Origin: Collodictyon triciliatum
Lineage: Eukaryota
Reading direction: 5' to 3'
NCBI GenBank assembly: GCA_043381765.1
Contig: JBHJMP010000834.1
Location: forward strand, 1-64,000
DNA: 64,000 nt
Shown here: positions 12,224-25,246 of the stretch, piece after piece
How positions within the stretch are numbered: position 1 is the stretch's first letter
How the letters are laid out: the number at the start of each line of letters is the position of its first letter
The notes under the pieces: model-generated
Database searches by the model: none
The model's input: the letters and a program-made list of their open reading frames with translations, nothing else
Told to the model about the DNA's origin: nothing
Translations under genes and position numbers: made by a program

Positions 12224-13337
12224 TCACCGCCCCGGCCGGCCGGGCCCTAAATGTCCTAAAATTAATACTAAAAAAATCAAGCCGGTTACTACAACCTCTA
12301 ATGAAGCAAAAGAATGAACTGAATTAAATACACCTATTCGAATAAGCAAAGTACCAAATAAGGCCGAAATAAACGTAAAATAGGTCCCAACTAAAAAAGG
12401 GAACGGAGTCGCTTCGCTCGCCGGGGGACTGTTGTTCAAGGTCGTAGGTTCACGATGAACCACTAACCGTTGCAGCGATTTGGGGGATGTAGCCAAGGCG
12501 TGCTTCCAATTATGATAAATTAAAGTTATAAGTAACCAAGGCAATAAGGCTAGGTTTTCAACTGGATCCCAAAACCACCAACCACCCCAACCTAACTCAT
12601 AATAAGCCCACCAACTTCCTAATAATATTCCCATTGTTAAAAAAATCCAAGGAATAGAAATAAAGTCACCGAGAAGTTTAAATAACCCCCGCAAAGTAGC
12701 TTCGCTCAACCCTGGTACCCGCACTCCGCACCATTGTCGGGCACTATTCGGCGGGGCCGGAGGATGGGGGGGGAAAGCGGGGAACAGTCGTTCCCCCCTC
12801 TGTTCCCCACTCCTTGACATGGTCGCTTGTTCAACTGACCTGCACAAAATATAAATAAATATGGTCCCAACATATCCAAAATATAAAATAGGAGGATGTA
12901 TAATTAATCCAATATCCTGAAGAACGGGGTTCAACCCCGGTCCACCAAAACGGAATAATGAATAAATCGGTAAAAAAGGATTTGATGTCATTAAAATAAA
13001 TAAAATAAAATAACAAAGCATTGGTTTTGCGGTCGCTTCGACCTGGTGAAGGGGAGGTTTAACATTTCTCAATCGATTGGGACCGCGCCACCAGCGCGAA
13101 GCGCCAGTCGCATCACCTTTGTATGAGGCGGGAGTGACATTATCCTGCCCGGTAGATGGTCCCACAAGACGAGCGAAACGAAAAGGTGCAAACCTTGATC
13201 TCTGATCCAATTTTTTTGTTATTATTGAACCATAAAACATTATCACTGTTAGGAACAGGTAAATGGATCCTTCATGATTTCCCCAAATAGCCGCAATTTT
13301 ATAAAACATTGGTAAATTGGGAATTCCTAAATGTAAA
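12224..13337 (-). CDS. ccmFN: cytochrome c biogenesis CcmF N-terminal part, exon 2 (junction +/-5 nt)
   Basis: PMFYKIAAIWGNHEGS, GLNPVLQD..LIIHPP, WAYYELGWGGWWFWDPVEN, SVHSF. Confidence 0.93.
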
Positions 13338-14169
13338 TAAAGAAGGGGTTGATGCTTTCCAGCCCGATAGAACTTAGCAAGCTCTTATTAGCACTAAGCT
13401 CTTATTAGAGGGGGGACATCATTAAGGTGGGGGTAGGGTCCCCCCCTTGCTTCCACCCCTAATCCGGCCCTTGGGGCTTTGCCCTAGTCGGGCCAGTCTG
13501 ATGTATAACAAGAACCAGCTTGGCTCGCGGGGGGGAGAGGTCCTCTCCTCCCGTGTGGTTATACTTAACTCTTATTTCCTCTTCTAATAAAAGGCCTATT
13601 TTAGATTGAGCATATTGTTCAAAAAAGCAATAAAAAGGAGGGATAAAGCAACTTCTTCTTTTTCTTTTTCTTTTTCTTTTTCTTTCCTTTAATGCAAAAA
13701 CACATACTTGAAGGACGGGCGGCATGTACTCGGCTTTGCCTTTCTTGCACTTGAGGCATATAGATGAGGCATATCGATGCCGGTCCCCTAATCTTAATAG
13801 GCTTGTTGTTGGGATCAGCCGTCTGAGCTTCTGGTCCTGTTCAATGAGTCCTTCTTAGCAAGCGAAGATGTCGTTACTGTTTCACCCCGTTGCCTTGGAC
13901 AGAGAAACTCTCCGGCCGTGAAAGCTTAAGCGAGGGAAATGAGTACGTCGCGGGTAACAAGCGAAGCGGTTGTTCATTGTGAACCCAAAGGCCTTATTAT
14001 CTGGGCTTCGCCCGTTCGGTTGTTATAAGCTCGGGAGCAAGGACGGACCGCATCCCGTTTATATTATTAACAGGTTACCGTCCTGAGGAACACACGCTCC
14101 GCTGGAATGCTTGACTGCCTTCCTCCAGTTAGTTAATAATAATAAAGCTAGAAGAGTTTTAAAAGACAC
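13338..14169 (-). mobile_element. cis group II intron in ccmFN, no ORF
   Basis: starts near GTGTC; DI stem CTCTTCTA/TAGAAGAG; 32-nt DV GAGCTTAGTGCTAATAAGAGCTTGCTAAGTTC at 13401-13370. Confidence 0.8.
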
Positions 14170-14342
14170 TAAAGTTGTATAAAAAAATTTCCAGACAAAC
14201 CGCCAGAAACGATATCGGCGAAGCCTAATAAACCTAGAATAAATATATGATCAATAAAAAAATACTGTTGGTCTTTTCTTGCAGCCGGCCAAATAGCAAT
14301 AATCAACGCAATAATTAAAAGAATAGGAAGTGGTGAATTCAT
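14170..14342 (-). CDS. ccmFN: CcmFN exon 1 (not in ORF track)
   Basis: MNSPLPILLIIALIIAIW...LSGNFFIQL, hydrophobic; joins exon 2 in frame and restores the spacing to the PxFYK motif. Confidence 0.72.
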
Positions 14343-14512
14343 TTATTTTTTTATTTTATTATACTGGCCTTCGGCCTGTTTGTTTGTCCACTGCGACTAA
14401 TAAATGCAAGCAGAGGAGCAAAGGGCAGGGAACAAACCTTGTCCCCCCTCCACTCTCGCTCCACTCGCCTCTCTTAAAGGCAAGCTAAGCGTGATGACAG
14501 GTAGAACGAAGG

Positions 14513-14568
14513 AACCAACCAACCAACCAACCAACCAACCAACCAACCAACCAACCAACCAACCAACC
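14513..14568. repeat. (AACC)n microsatellite
   Basis: about 14 tandem AACC units. Confidence 0.95.
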
Positions 14569-14760
14569 CCGTTTTAAGGAACTATTTAGGACGACGTTTA
14601 CCCATTGTATATAAGAAGGGGGCTATTCAATAGGTCTGTACAATCACAACCGAGTCCCCTATAGCACTCAGGATAAACCGATGCAGCGGAGTCGCTTCGC
14701 TCTAAGGTTGGCGTCAATTCAACACAACAGCGCTTTGCTGCACAAGAGGACAGGCTCACA

Positions 14761-15359
14761 ATGATATCCTTGCTCCTTTCTAAATTTAAGGGAGGTTTCG
14801 CTTCTCTCCTCACCGGTAATGGAAAAAACTCGCAGTTGTCTAAAGGATTTTATTTTTTAGGAATTGTGTTTATCATTTTTGGTTTATCATATCTAGCAGT
14901 CCCTCTTTATAGATTATATTGTCAAATAACTGGATATGGAGGAACAATTAAACAGGGGACGTTCATTATAGGAGAAACAACAAACACGGGGGCCGCTCCC
15001 TTACCTTCAAGCGATGGGGCTATGGGGACGCAGCGGTCCAACACCGAAGAAGGGTTCAACCCCAAGGACCAAGGAGCTAACGACCGTTTTTCCGGGAGTG
15101 GAGAAACAACGGTCATGGGCCGGCCCCTTATTCGAGAGATAACAATAAGATTTAATGCTGATTTAAATGAGAACTTGCCTTGGAAATTTAGACCTGCGGC
15201 TAATGAAATAAAAGTTATTGTTGGAGAGGGAGCAGCGCCCACTTTAACTTTTTATTCTTTAACAAATTTAAGTGATCAGCCTGCAACCGGCGTTGCCACT
15301 TATAATGTAACTCCAGCTAAAGCCGCAATTTACTTTAATAAAATTCAATGTTTTTGCTT
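14761..15359 (+). CDS. cox11: cytochrome c oxidase assembly protein Cox11, exon 1
   Basis: SYLAVPLYRLYCQITGYGG, LPWKFRP, ATYNVTP, YFNKIQCFC. Confidence 0.95.
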
Positions 15360-16890
15360 AAGCGCTATTGTAGCTTAACTAATAAAAAGATGTCGTAAGC
15401 TGATCGGGCGAAGGGAAGGGAAAAGCCACCTTTTCCCTCCCACTACAGCTTAAGCGCTCTTTAACTAACTTGAGGAAAAAAGAACGTGGGAAGCGCATGC
15501 TGAACCCCAAGAAAAACAGTGGACTACCCGATGTTCGGGCGAAGGGAAAAGTTACCTTTTCCCTCCCACTTCTTGCTCTTTGCCCGTACGCTTGAACCGA
15601 TGTTCACATTTTCTCCGAACAATAGCCTGTTAAAGAGGAGCAAAGCTCTAGGAAGCGCCCTGTTTCTCAAGCGCCCTGTTTCTCAAGCGCATTTGAGGGA
15701 ATACAACCCCCAGCGCGACGACCTTAAGCGATTTTATGTTAAGGAAAAACCTCAACGTTGCACCGCCCCACCAAGGTCATAATAAGGGACAATTCGTTCG
15801 CAAGGGGAGGGAATACATGAAGACGGGCGAAGCCGTCACTTCTTTCCTTCGACTGGACGCGGCAAGGTCATAATAACGGTTACGACCTCAAGCGCCTTGA
15901 ACGGCCATATACCCGGACCACGGATAAAAGCAAAATCTTAAACAGGGGGGGCCGCTTCGAACGAGCAGCTGCGGGCATCGGTCATTGTGTCAAGCGTGAC
16001 AAAGCCCGGCCGAAGGCCTTCCTGAGCGAGGCGGGTCACGCGTAAACACGCTTTTTTTCTATGACCAGCTCCCCCTACCAACGGACGGCAGCCCGCATTT
16101 CATTCATTGGGCGAAGCCCAGGAGGTAAGGGAGCAAGGATTTAGTTCCCGTAACCCAGCAGTTTGTCATAAGGCAAGCGTTCCTTTCATAGGGGAAAACG
16201 GGGTGAGGAGCTCATTTCTCCCGCTTCGCACTGGGCCGTTCACCCCTTTTTTTTCCCGTCGCCGACTACGTAACTTAAAAATCAAATATTATTAGTTAAG
16301 AACTATAGGAAAATGGGCTAAAGGATGACGCGAAAAGGCTGTTCGCACATGTTCAAGCTGTCTGAGCTTACGACCGTTTCTGTCGTAAGGACCCTCCCTT
16401 ACGGTCATTATGTGTCATTGGAGGAAGTGACGAGCAAGACAAGCGAACCGTCCGAAGAGGTGAGGAGCTCATTCCTCCCGCTTCGCTCGAAGCAACCCTG
16501 TCGTTCGACCTAGATTTCTCCCCTTCGATTACTCCCTGTTGCTTCATTGTGAACTGGCTTTGTCTGCCAAGACTGGCAGCCGAACTTTGTTTCCTTCCAT
16601 CCCCAGGGTGAGAGAAGCGAGGGCGAGAGAAGCGAGGGCGAGAGAAGTGAGGGCGAGAGAAGCGAGGGTGAGAGAAGCGGTATCAGCCAACCACTCCAGG
16701 ACCGTCAAACAACTGCCACCTTTCCCATTTGAACGAAATAGACGCAAGGGGGGGACCCCCCGAACAAGTATTATTGGATTGGAGCAAAGCTCCGGTGGGT
16801 AATAATAACAAGAAACGCCCCCGCATCCAATTAGAGCCTGATGTTCTGAAAAGAACCAGTCCGATTCTAAGAGGTAAAAATCCCTCCTTT
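15360..16890 (+). mobile_element. cis group II intron in cox11, no ORF (junction slides +/-2 nt)
   Basis: DV GAGCCTGATGTTCTGAAAAGAACCAGTCCGATTC at 16834-16867; minimal DVI GAGG...CCTC. Confidence 0.85.
16611..16680 (+). repeat. 15-nt tandem repeat (AGAGAAGCGAGGGCG) x4-5 inside cox11 intron
   Basis: directly visible. Confidence 0.9.
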
Positions 16891-17032
16891 TGATGAGCAA
16901 CGTATTAAAGGAAATGAAACAATAGAATTATCTGTTTTATTTCAAGTTGACGCTTCTATTTTAAAAGATGAAGCTTTAAAAGACATAGATTTAATTACAT
17001 TATCCTATTCTTTTTTTGAAATTAAAGAATGA
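16891..17032 (+). CDS. cox11: Cox11 exon 2 (not in ORF track)
   Basis: (F)[20 protein letters not shown]...[12 protein letters not shown]; completes CFCF.EQ; stop overlaps cox3 start (ATGA). Confidence 0.92.
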
Positions 17033-17826
17033 ATAATATTAGACATCCGTATCATTTAGTTGAACCAAGTCCTTGGCCTATTTTAGCATCAACCGCTGGT
17101 TTATGTTTAACAATGAGTGGTGTAATGTATTTTCATGATATGGTAGGGGTGAGCCGATATCTTTTAGGTGCTTCATTCCTTTTCCTATTGTTTGTTGTTT
17201 ATAACTGGTTTTTAGATATTGTAAAAGAAGGTTCAATACAAGGATACCATACTCATACAGTACAAAAAGGTTTACGATATGGTATGATATTATTTATTGT
17301 TTCTGAAGTAATGTTTTTCTTTGCCTTCTTCTGGGCGTTTTTCCATTCTAGTTTAGCTCCAACAATTGAAATAGGGTCAGTTTGGCCACCATTAGGAATT
17401 GAAGTATTAAATCCTTGGGATATTCCATTATTAAATACTTTAATCTTATTATTAAGTGGTGTTACAGTTACTTGGGCTCATCATAGTATTGTAGCTGGCG
17501 AAAGAAAACATGCGATTGTTTCTTTAGTTTTAACTGTATCATTAGGGATTATATTTACTATTTTCCAAGCTCTTGAATATATTGAAGCAAACTTTACTAT
17601 TTCTGATTCTGTTTATGGATCAACTTTCTATATGGCTACTGGATTCCATGGTTTCCATGTAATGATTGGAACAATCTTTTTATCAGTTTGTTTATTAAGA
17701 TTATTCTATAAACATTTTACTAGACAACATCATTTTGGATTTGAAGCTGCTGCTTGGTATTGGCATTTTGTTGACGTTGTTTGGTTATTCTTATTTATTA
17801 CTATTTATTGGTGGGGTGGAAGTTAA
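17029..17826 (+). CDS. cox3: cytochrome c oxidase subunit 3
   Basis: [31 protein letters not shown]. Confidence 0.99.
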   Translation: MNNIRHPYHLVEPSPWPILASTAGLCLTMSGVMYFHDMVGVSRYLLGASFLFLLFVVYNWFLDIVKEGSIQGYHTHTVQKGLRYGMILFIVSEVMFFFAFFWAFFHSSLAPTIEIGSVWPPLGIEVLNPWDIPLLNTLILLLSGVTVTWAHHSIVAGERKHAIVSLVLTVSLGIIFTIFQALEYIEANFTISDSVYGSTFYMATGFHGFHVMIGTIFLSVCLLRLFYKHFTRQHHFGFEAAAWYWHFVDVVWLFLFITIYWWGGS

Positions 17827-18483
17827 TCGCTGCATCGTACCCGTTTTGAACCCTGTTGTGGCTCTGCCTTAACAGGGTGGGAGGGGGTTATCGCTCCGCA
17901 CCCGAGGGGACGACGAAACGACGTCCCCTCCAACGCAGTAATGGTCTTAGCCCCCGCGCTTTCTCGGTTCATACACCTCCACCCCACCACCACACGTGGT
18001 CGTAAGCGGCTTGTTATTCATAGGCACGCGGGCAAAGCTGACGATAGCTTCGCTCCCCCCTTCCAGCTCGCCTTGTTATCCATTCCTCTCGACGGTTTTT
18101 TTTTACGATTGTTGTATTCCCCTCCGTATCATAACTATGGGAATAATTGCTCTTCGATCGACAAAGGTCTGGTCTGGTCTGGTCTGGTCTTCTTTGGGGG
18201 AAAATCGAGGGGCGAGCGAATCTACGGTTACGAATGTGGCCTTCGGCCTGTTTAACCCCCCTCCGACCCACTTTGCTTGGCGGGGAGTGGGACGGAGATT
18301 TCATCCGCCCCACGCAGCTACTTAAGTCAAGGTCATTGGGTAATCCCGGAAGCTTTACTTCCAGTCATGATGACCTTGCAGCATCGGTCCAAGCCCCTAC
18401 CCTTTACATTAGGGTAGTACCGGGCTAAACTTGTCCTTGACCTTTACCCAACTTGAGCAAGGTCGTTTATGTTAAAATTGCAT

Positions 18484-18923
18484 CTAGATGCCATTTTTTC
18501 TAATTGTAGGTACTTCTTCGAAGGTATGATATGGAGGTGGTGATGGAATTGTCCATTCTAAAGTTAATGTTTCTGGAACTGAATACCAAACATTGTCTTG
18601 AACAGGTGTTGGTTCTTGTGATAAAGCATCATAAATAATATAGCAGAATAATACTACTCCTAAAGCTGAGATCATTGAACCCCAAGAAGATAACATATTC
18701 CAAGCTAAATATCCATCAGGATAATCTGGAATTCTTCGTGGCATACCGCTTAATCCTAAGAAGTGCATTGGGAAGAAAGTTAAGTTCACCCCTACGAATG
18801 TAATCCAGAAATGTAATTGTCCTAATGTTTCATTATAATGATAACCTGTTATTTTTGTAAACCAATAATAGAAACCTGCAAAGATTCCAAATACCGCTCC
18901 TAAAGATAATACATAATGGAAGT
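18484..18923 (-). CDS. cox1: cytochrome c oxidase subunit 1, exon 4
   Basis: (H)[11 protein letters not shown]...[10 protein letters not shown]. Confidence 0.96.
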
Positions 18924-19420
18924 ATAGAGTCAATCTAATCAATCAGGTGGCGGGCGAATGAAATGGGTTCATAAGGCCTTGTCGTCACTATGAAAGGAAC
19001 GCTTGGCTTCGCCTCCTCAACCCAATTAATCAGGTGCTCTCCGAACCCAACAAGACAGTTTCCCGTCATTGGGCTCTCTTAATCAAGGGGTGGAATGAAC
19101 CCCGCGTTACGACCGCGTTCAAAGTGGGAGGGCGGACCGGCTTAAGAGAATGGAAGTATCAAAAGGCTGTCGGGGGGGGATAGAGCGAAAAGCGGACCCC
19201 GTCCTTCCCATCCTTCGGGGCCGCCTTCTGAAGGGCCGTAGGAAAGTCTCGCGGCAGGAGGAGCAAAGCGAGAAGGGGGAACGAGGAGCTAAAGACGCTT
19301 ACCTCCATTTCTCCAGGCTATTCACGGGCGGGAAGAGCCTGGGGTCATGCATTGTTCCATCACTCCCTTAGCTATGACACATTCTTCGCTCGACTCCATC
19401 GATGCTACGATCCCCTACTA
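18924..19420 (-). mobile_element. 3' part of cox1 group II intron 3 (DV, DVI); upstream limit approximate
   Basis: DV GAGCCCAATGACGGGAAACTGTCTTGTTGGGTTC (about 19076-19043), DVI with bulged A at -7, ends CTCTAT. Confidence 0.88.
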
Positions 19421-19818
19421 TATACTTTGGTCCTTTCCCCCGCTCCATCATGACCGGAAAAACAGGCAACTCACTGTCAATGAGCGACCGTGCAAAGCGT
19501 GAGTGAAGTGCATTCAACGTATATAGAATGGGGACGGTGCTTGGACCAAGGGGGATGTCGCTTCGCTCTGCGCCCCTTCCCCGCGCCCTTCCGCGTTGTA
19601 ATGAGCCACCCGAATCCCGTCCCTTTTGGTCAGGTCCCGGTTATAGTGACCTTGATTGACCCCCGGCGTTGAGCGAAGCGGGCGGAGTCGTTTCACTCTG
19701 GGCAGGGAACAAACATTGAGCGAAGCAAACAACGCGAGCGAAGCGAGGGGGGAACGAATGGGAAAGAACATGTTTTTTCCCCGCTTCATTTCGCTTATCG
19801 TTGGGAGTAAGGTATGAA

Positions 19819-19891
19819 GGCGATTCTAGCTTATACGGTAGAGCAACAGGTTGTGGTTTTGTAGGGTCGGGTTCGATTCCCGAGAGTCGCC
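19819..19891 (+). tRNA. trnH: tRNA-His(GUG), G-1 encoded
   Basis: cloverleaf, anticodon GTG. Confidence 0.93.
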
Positions 19892-19986
19892 TAATCAAGG
19901 TCAGGGGACTATGAACAGTAATGGGCTTCGCCCGGAATGGGAGAAAGTGGCGTGTACGCCCGCTTGTATAAAAGGGATAATTGTAA

Positions 19987-20961
19987 ATGATTATTTATTT
20001 AATCCAAATAATACTTCTTGTTGTGCCTTTATTAATTGCAGTTGCTTATTTAACTTTAGCGGAAAGAAAAGTAATTGCTGCAATGCAATATCGAGTTGGA
20101 CCAAATGTTGTTGGAGTTTTTGGTTTATTACAACCCTTAGCGGATGGCCTAAAATTATTTTTAAAAGAAACAATAATTCCAAATAATGGTAATACTATTA
20201 TTTTCTTAATTGCGCCAATGTTAACTTTTATTTTAAGTTTAATTGGATGGGCAGTTATTCCATTTGATGAAGGTGCAGTTTTAGCTGATTTAAATTTAGG
20301 TATTATGTACCTATTAGCAATTTCATCATTATCAGTATACGGAATTATTACATCAGGTTGGTCAAGTAATTCAAAATATGCTTTTTTAGGAGCTTTAAGA
20401 TCTTCAGCTCAAATGATTTCCTATGAAGTTTCAATAGGATTAATAATAATTAATGTTTTATTATGTGTTGGTTCATTAAATTTAAGTCAAATAGTCTTAG
20501 CACAAGAATCTATTTGGTTTATAATTCCTTTATTTCCGTTATTTATAATGTTCTTTATTTCAACATTAGCGGAAACTAATCGACATCCTTTTGATTTACC
20601 GGAAGCTGAAGCGGAATTAGTAGCTGGTTATAATATTGAATATTCTGCTATGGGATTTGCCTTATTCTTTATAGGTGAATATGCAAATATAATTCTTATG
20701 TCTAGCTTATCGGTCTTATTATTTTTAGGAGGTTGGTTACCACCTTTCGGAATACTTATTTTTACTTGGATTCCGGGACCGATTTGGTTTGGTATCAAAA
20801 TTCTATTTATCTTATTCCTTTTTATTTGGGTTAGAGCAGCTTTACCTCGATATCGTTATGATCAATTAATGAGCTTAGGATGGAAAGTTTTCTTACCTTT
20901 ATCTTTAGGTTGGTTATTATTTATCGGTTCCCTTTTATTAGCATTTAATTGGTTAGGTTAA
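19987..20961 (+). CDS. nad1: NADH dehydrogenase subunit 1
   Basis: [36 protein letters not shown]. Confidence 0.99.
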   Translation: MIIYLIQIILLVVPLLIAVAYLTLAERKVIAAMQYRVGPNVVGVFGLLQPLADGLKLFLKETIIPNNGNTIIFLIAPMLTFILSLIGWAVIPFDEGAVLADLNLGIMYLLAISSLSVYGIITSGWSSNSKYAFLGALRSSAQMISYEVSIGLIIINVLLCVGSLNLSQIVLAQESIWFIIPLFPLFIMFFISTLAETNRHPFDLPEAEAELVAGYNIEYSAMGFALFFIGEYANIILMSSLSVLLFLGGWLPPFGILIFTWIPGPIWFGIKILFILFLFIWVRAALPRYRYDQLMSLGWKVFLPLSLGWLLFIGSLLLAFNWLG

Positions 20962-21464
20962 GGCCTTCGGCCGCTAAACCGGCCGAAGGCCACATTGTTT
21001 CAAGGCCTATTTCGTTGAGGTCGAATGACCGCCCTTATCGTTGTTTTTAGTATCACCCCCTTCGGCCACTTGAATGTCGCTTCGCTCCAGTAGGTTTTGG
21101 TTGACCAGCCCGCAGCAAAGGTCATAGATAGGAAACTTTGTTTCCAGCCGAAGGACCCGGACGTTAGCAGTAGATGGAACTTACTTTCTCCCTGCCCTAC
21201 AAAGCAGCCCTACTTTGCCTCTGTTTTCTTTATGGACAACGTTGCAAAAGGGCTGTCGTAGCAAGGGATAACAGTTGAGCGAAGCGACTTTGTTTCCCGT
21301 TCGCTCGCCCCCGGCACCACCACCCCCTTTATAGGAAACATTTGGCCTTCGGCCGGTCTCTCGCTTGTTCTTGGGGGTGGAGCGAGCGAAGTGCAGCGGA
21401 GCGTCATGACCCGTCTTGCTCGCCACTTCCTCCCCTTTTATTGGGAAGGGGGAACTCTTTATAG

Positions 21465-22177
21465 ATAGTTTATCTTTAAGCCGGATTTTGTCATTAAGAA
21501 GGTCGGGAGGGCAAGGGTTCATTACACACACCCCCCGCAAACCGGATTATTAGGGGGCTGGGCAGGCCGCCCAGGCCTGGGCGGCCTGCCCAGCCGGCCG
21601 CGTAGCCCAGAACTACCTTCTGCCATCCGGTACCCTATGTCAATAAATTAATCTGAGGATTAAGTTTAAAATCATTAATCCTTAAATTGTCGCTGGTCCT
21701 ATCGATCATGTTCAAAGGACAATGACGGCTTTTTTCGCCCCTGCTAACTTTGTTTCCGGTTAGCTCCGACATCCATCATGGGGTTTAATATTTTCAAGTA
21801 CTCATACGCTTCGCTTGTCATTACGACAGCTTGGTCCTTGGAGTTGAGTGACTTCTCTTGAGGTGCGGGCGGGCCGAGGGAGGGGTCCCTTGAATCCACT
21901 TCGCCCTGATATTCTTCCTTAATTTTTTCCCTCAGGTTTTCCTGGTTGGCTATTAACCAACTTTTGGGCCGATAGGGCGAAGGGGCAGCTGCTGGTTCAT
22001 AGTGAAAGGATGACGCGGGTGGCCTCACTACCCACTTCGCTCGTTGTTAGTGAAGTCGGTTGTTAGTGAAGTCGGCCAGTTAGCTCAGACAGCTTGCTTT
22101 ATTCCGGACTTTCCTGAGGCAAGGACGGAAGGTCATTCATAGTGACCGACCCGTTGCCTTTATTGCTGATAAACTAT
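21465..22177 (-). ncRNA. rnpB: RNase P RNA, inflated by repeat insertions (about 710 nt)
   Basis: CR I AGGAAAGTCCGG (about 22116-22105), CR V ACAAAATCCGGCTTA (about 21491-21477), P1 ATAGTTTATC / GATAAACTAT. Confidence 0.9.
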
Positions 22178-22193
22178 TAGAGTATATAATATT

Positions 22194-22264
22194 GCGGGTA
22201 TAGATTAATGGTAAATTATCAGCCTTCCATGCTGAAGATCTGGGTTCAATTCCCAGTACCCGCT
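22194..22264 (+). tRNA. trnG: tRNA-Gly(UCC)
   Basis: cloverleaf, anticodon TCC. Confidence 0.95.
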
Positions 22265-22533
22265 AAAAGGTTAAGTACGTGTTTTCCACCAACAGAACTG
22301 AAGCAAGGAGACCAGGGTTGTTGAACCAAACATTTCGGTTAAGGCAGAGTGGGCGTACGCCCCAACCCGTTCCGCTTGATCCCCTACCGGAAACAAAGTT
22401 TCCTGTCCATTTCGGGCTTTTGTACGCCCTATTGCGCTTGCGGCGTCGTCATTGCTTCGCTTTTGGGAAAGAGCATGTTGTCGCTGGCCAAAGGCCTAAC
22501 AGAGTTTCCACTGCGACCTTGACGACCAATTTT

Positions 22534-22824
22534 CTAATAGGGCACCCCATTTGTTTTCCTCGGTCCGTTGAATATCGCTACCTTTTTTAAACCATTTCTT
22601 AAGACACGAGTGGTTACCCCACCTTTGATGCGGGCCCCATATAATTGAGATAAATAGAGCAAAGCGTCATATTTATTAAAAGAACGATCCATTAAAAAAG
22701 TTAAGCTACAATGAGATGAAGAAGGTGAGGGAACCGTTAAGAGTGGGGAATGATAGGGGGAACGACTGTTCCCCGCTTTCCCCCTAGAGCCAATTTCTTT
22801 TATTTTTATTACTTTTAAGTTCAT
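22534..22824 (-). CDS. rpl23: probable ribosomal protein L23
   Basis: LTFLMDRSFNKYDALLYLSQLYGARIK..VTTRV....KKVAIF resembles the uL23 core F.V....NK.D...Y...LY.V.V..V.T...KKA; AT-rich codons. Confidence 0.65.
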   Translation of the reverse strand: MNLKVIKIKEIGSRGKAGNSRSPYHSPLLTVPSPSSSHCSLTFLMDRSFNKYDALLYLSQLYGARIKGGVTTRVLRNGLKKVAIFNGPRKTNGVPY

Positions 22825-23299
22825 TTTTTTTTTTTTATTTACTTTAGCTGTCGTTACGACCAGGCTATGACACCGGCCAAAGGCCTTGTGTGCGTGACCT
22901 GGCTGCGGCCGAAGGCCTTGAACGACCGCATCTTCCTTCGTTTTCCCTTGCCGCTTAGTGACCCGCTTCGCTCCTCCTCCCCGCTTTTAACATAATAAAG
23001 GCCGGAGAGTTACGGTCCAGCTCGCGTTACGGTCATTGTCGCCGTAGGGCAAGTGAGCTCCCCTGCCATTCACTCACTTGCTCCTCTGGTTCATCGTGAA
23101 CCTAAGTGCAGCGGAGCGTCATGACAGCCTAAGCGTCAGGTTTGCGGGCAAGACGTGAAGCGCATTCCAGGGCTACAAAACCTCCGTCCCTGTTTATAAA
23201 CTCTGCTTAATAAAAGGCAAGGTCGAATGACCGCGGAGCGCCCTTATCGTTGTTGAAGCTATTGCTTCACCCGCTTCACTCGGGGGAAGGAACCCAAGC

Positions 23300-24770
<1,471 letters not shown>

Positions 24771-25246
24771 TACTATAAGGTCAAAGGGAAAACAAGCGTT
24801 GGGCGTACGCCAGGGAAGGGGCGCAGAGCGAAGCTACCTTTTACACCATTCACCAGTGGCCAAGGAAAATGACGGTCGCGGCCGAAGGCCAAAACGACGC
24901 GCATTCAAGCTGTCTGAGCTAAGTGACGCTTCGCTCGCTCTTTTCCACCCGGGAGGGAAGGGGTGCAGAGCGAAGCGGGTGGAAAACTCTAGATAAGTGG
25001 TGACGCTAAAATGATTCATCGCTGTTCCACTCCGCGTGTGAACCCGACGCCAACAAACAAACTGCTGGGGTCGAGGAGCTTGGATCAATACATGACCGGC
25101 GAACAGGTTTTTCGCGTCGTCATTGGAGGGGGAACATCGGGCTTCGCCCAGTGGTCCGGATCTAACCGCTTCGCTTGAAGCGGGGCCCTGTCCATTCGTT
25201 CCCCCCTCGCGTTGTTTGCTTCGCTCGATGTTTGTTCCCTTCGCGC

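Noticed and set aside
16539-16802. ORF with REARA repeats
   Set aside because: Translation of a 15-nt tandem repeat inside the cox11 intron.
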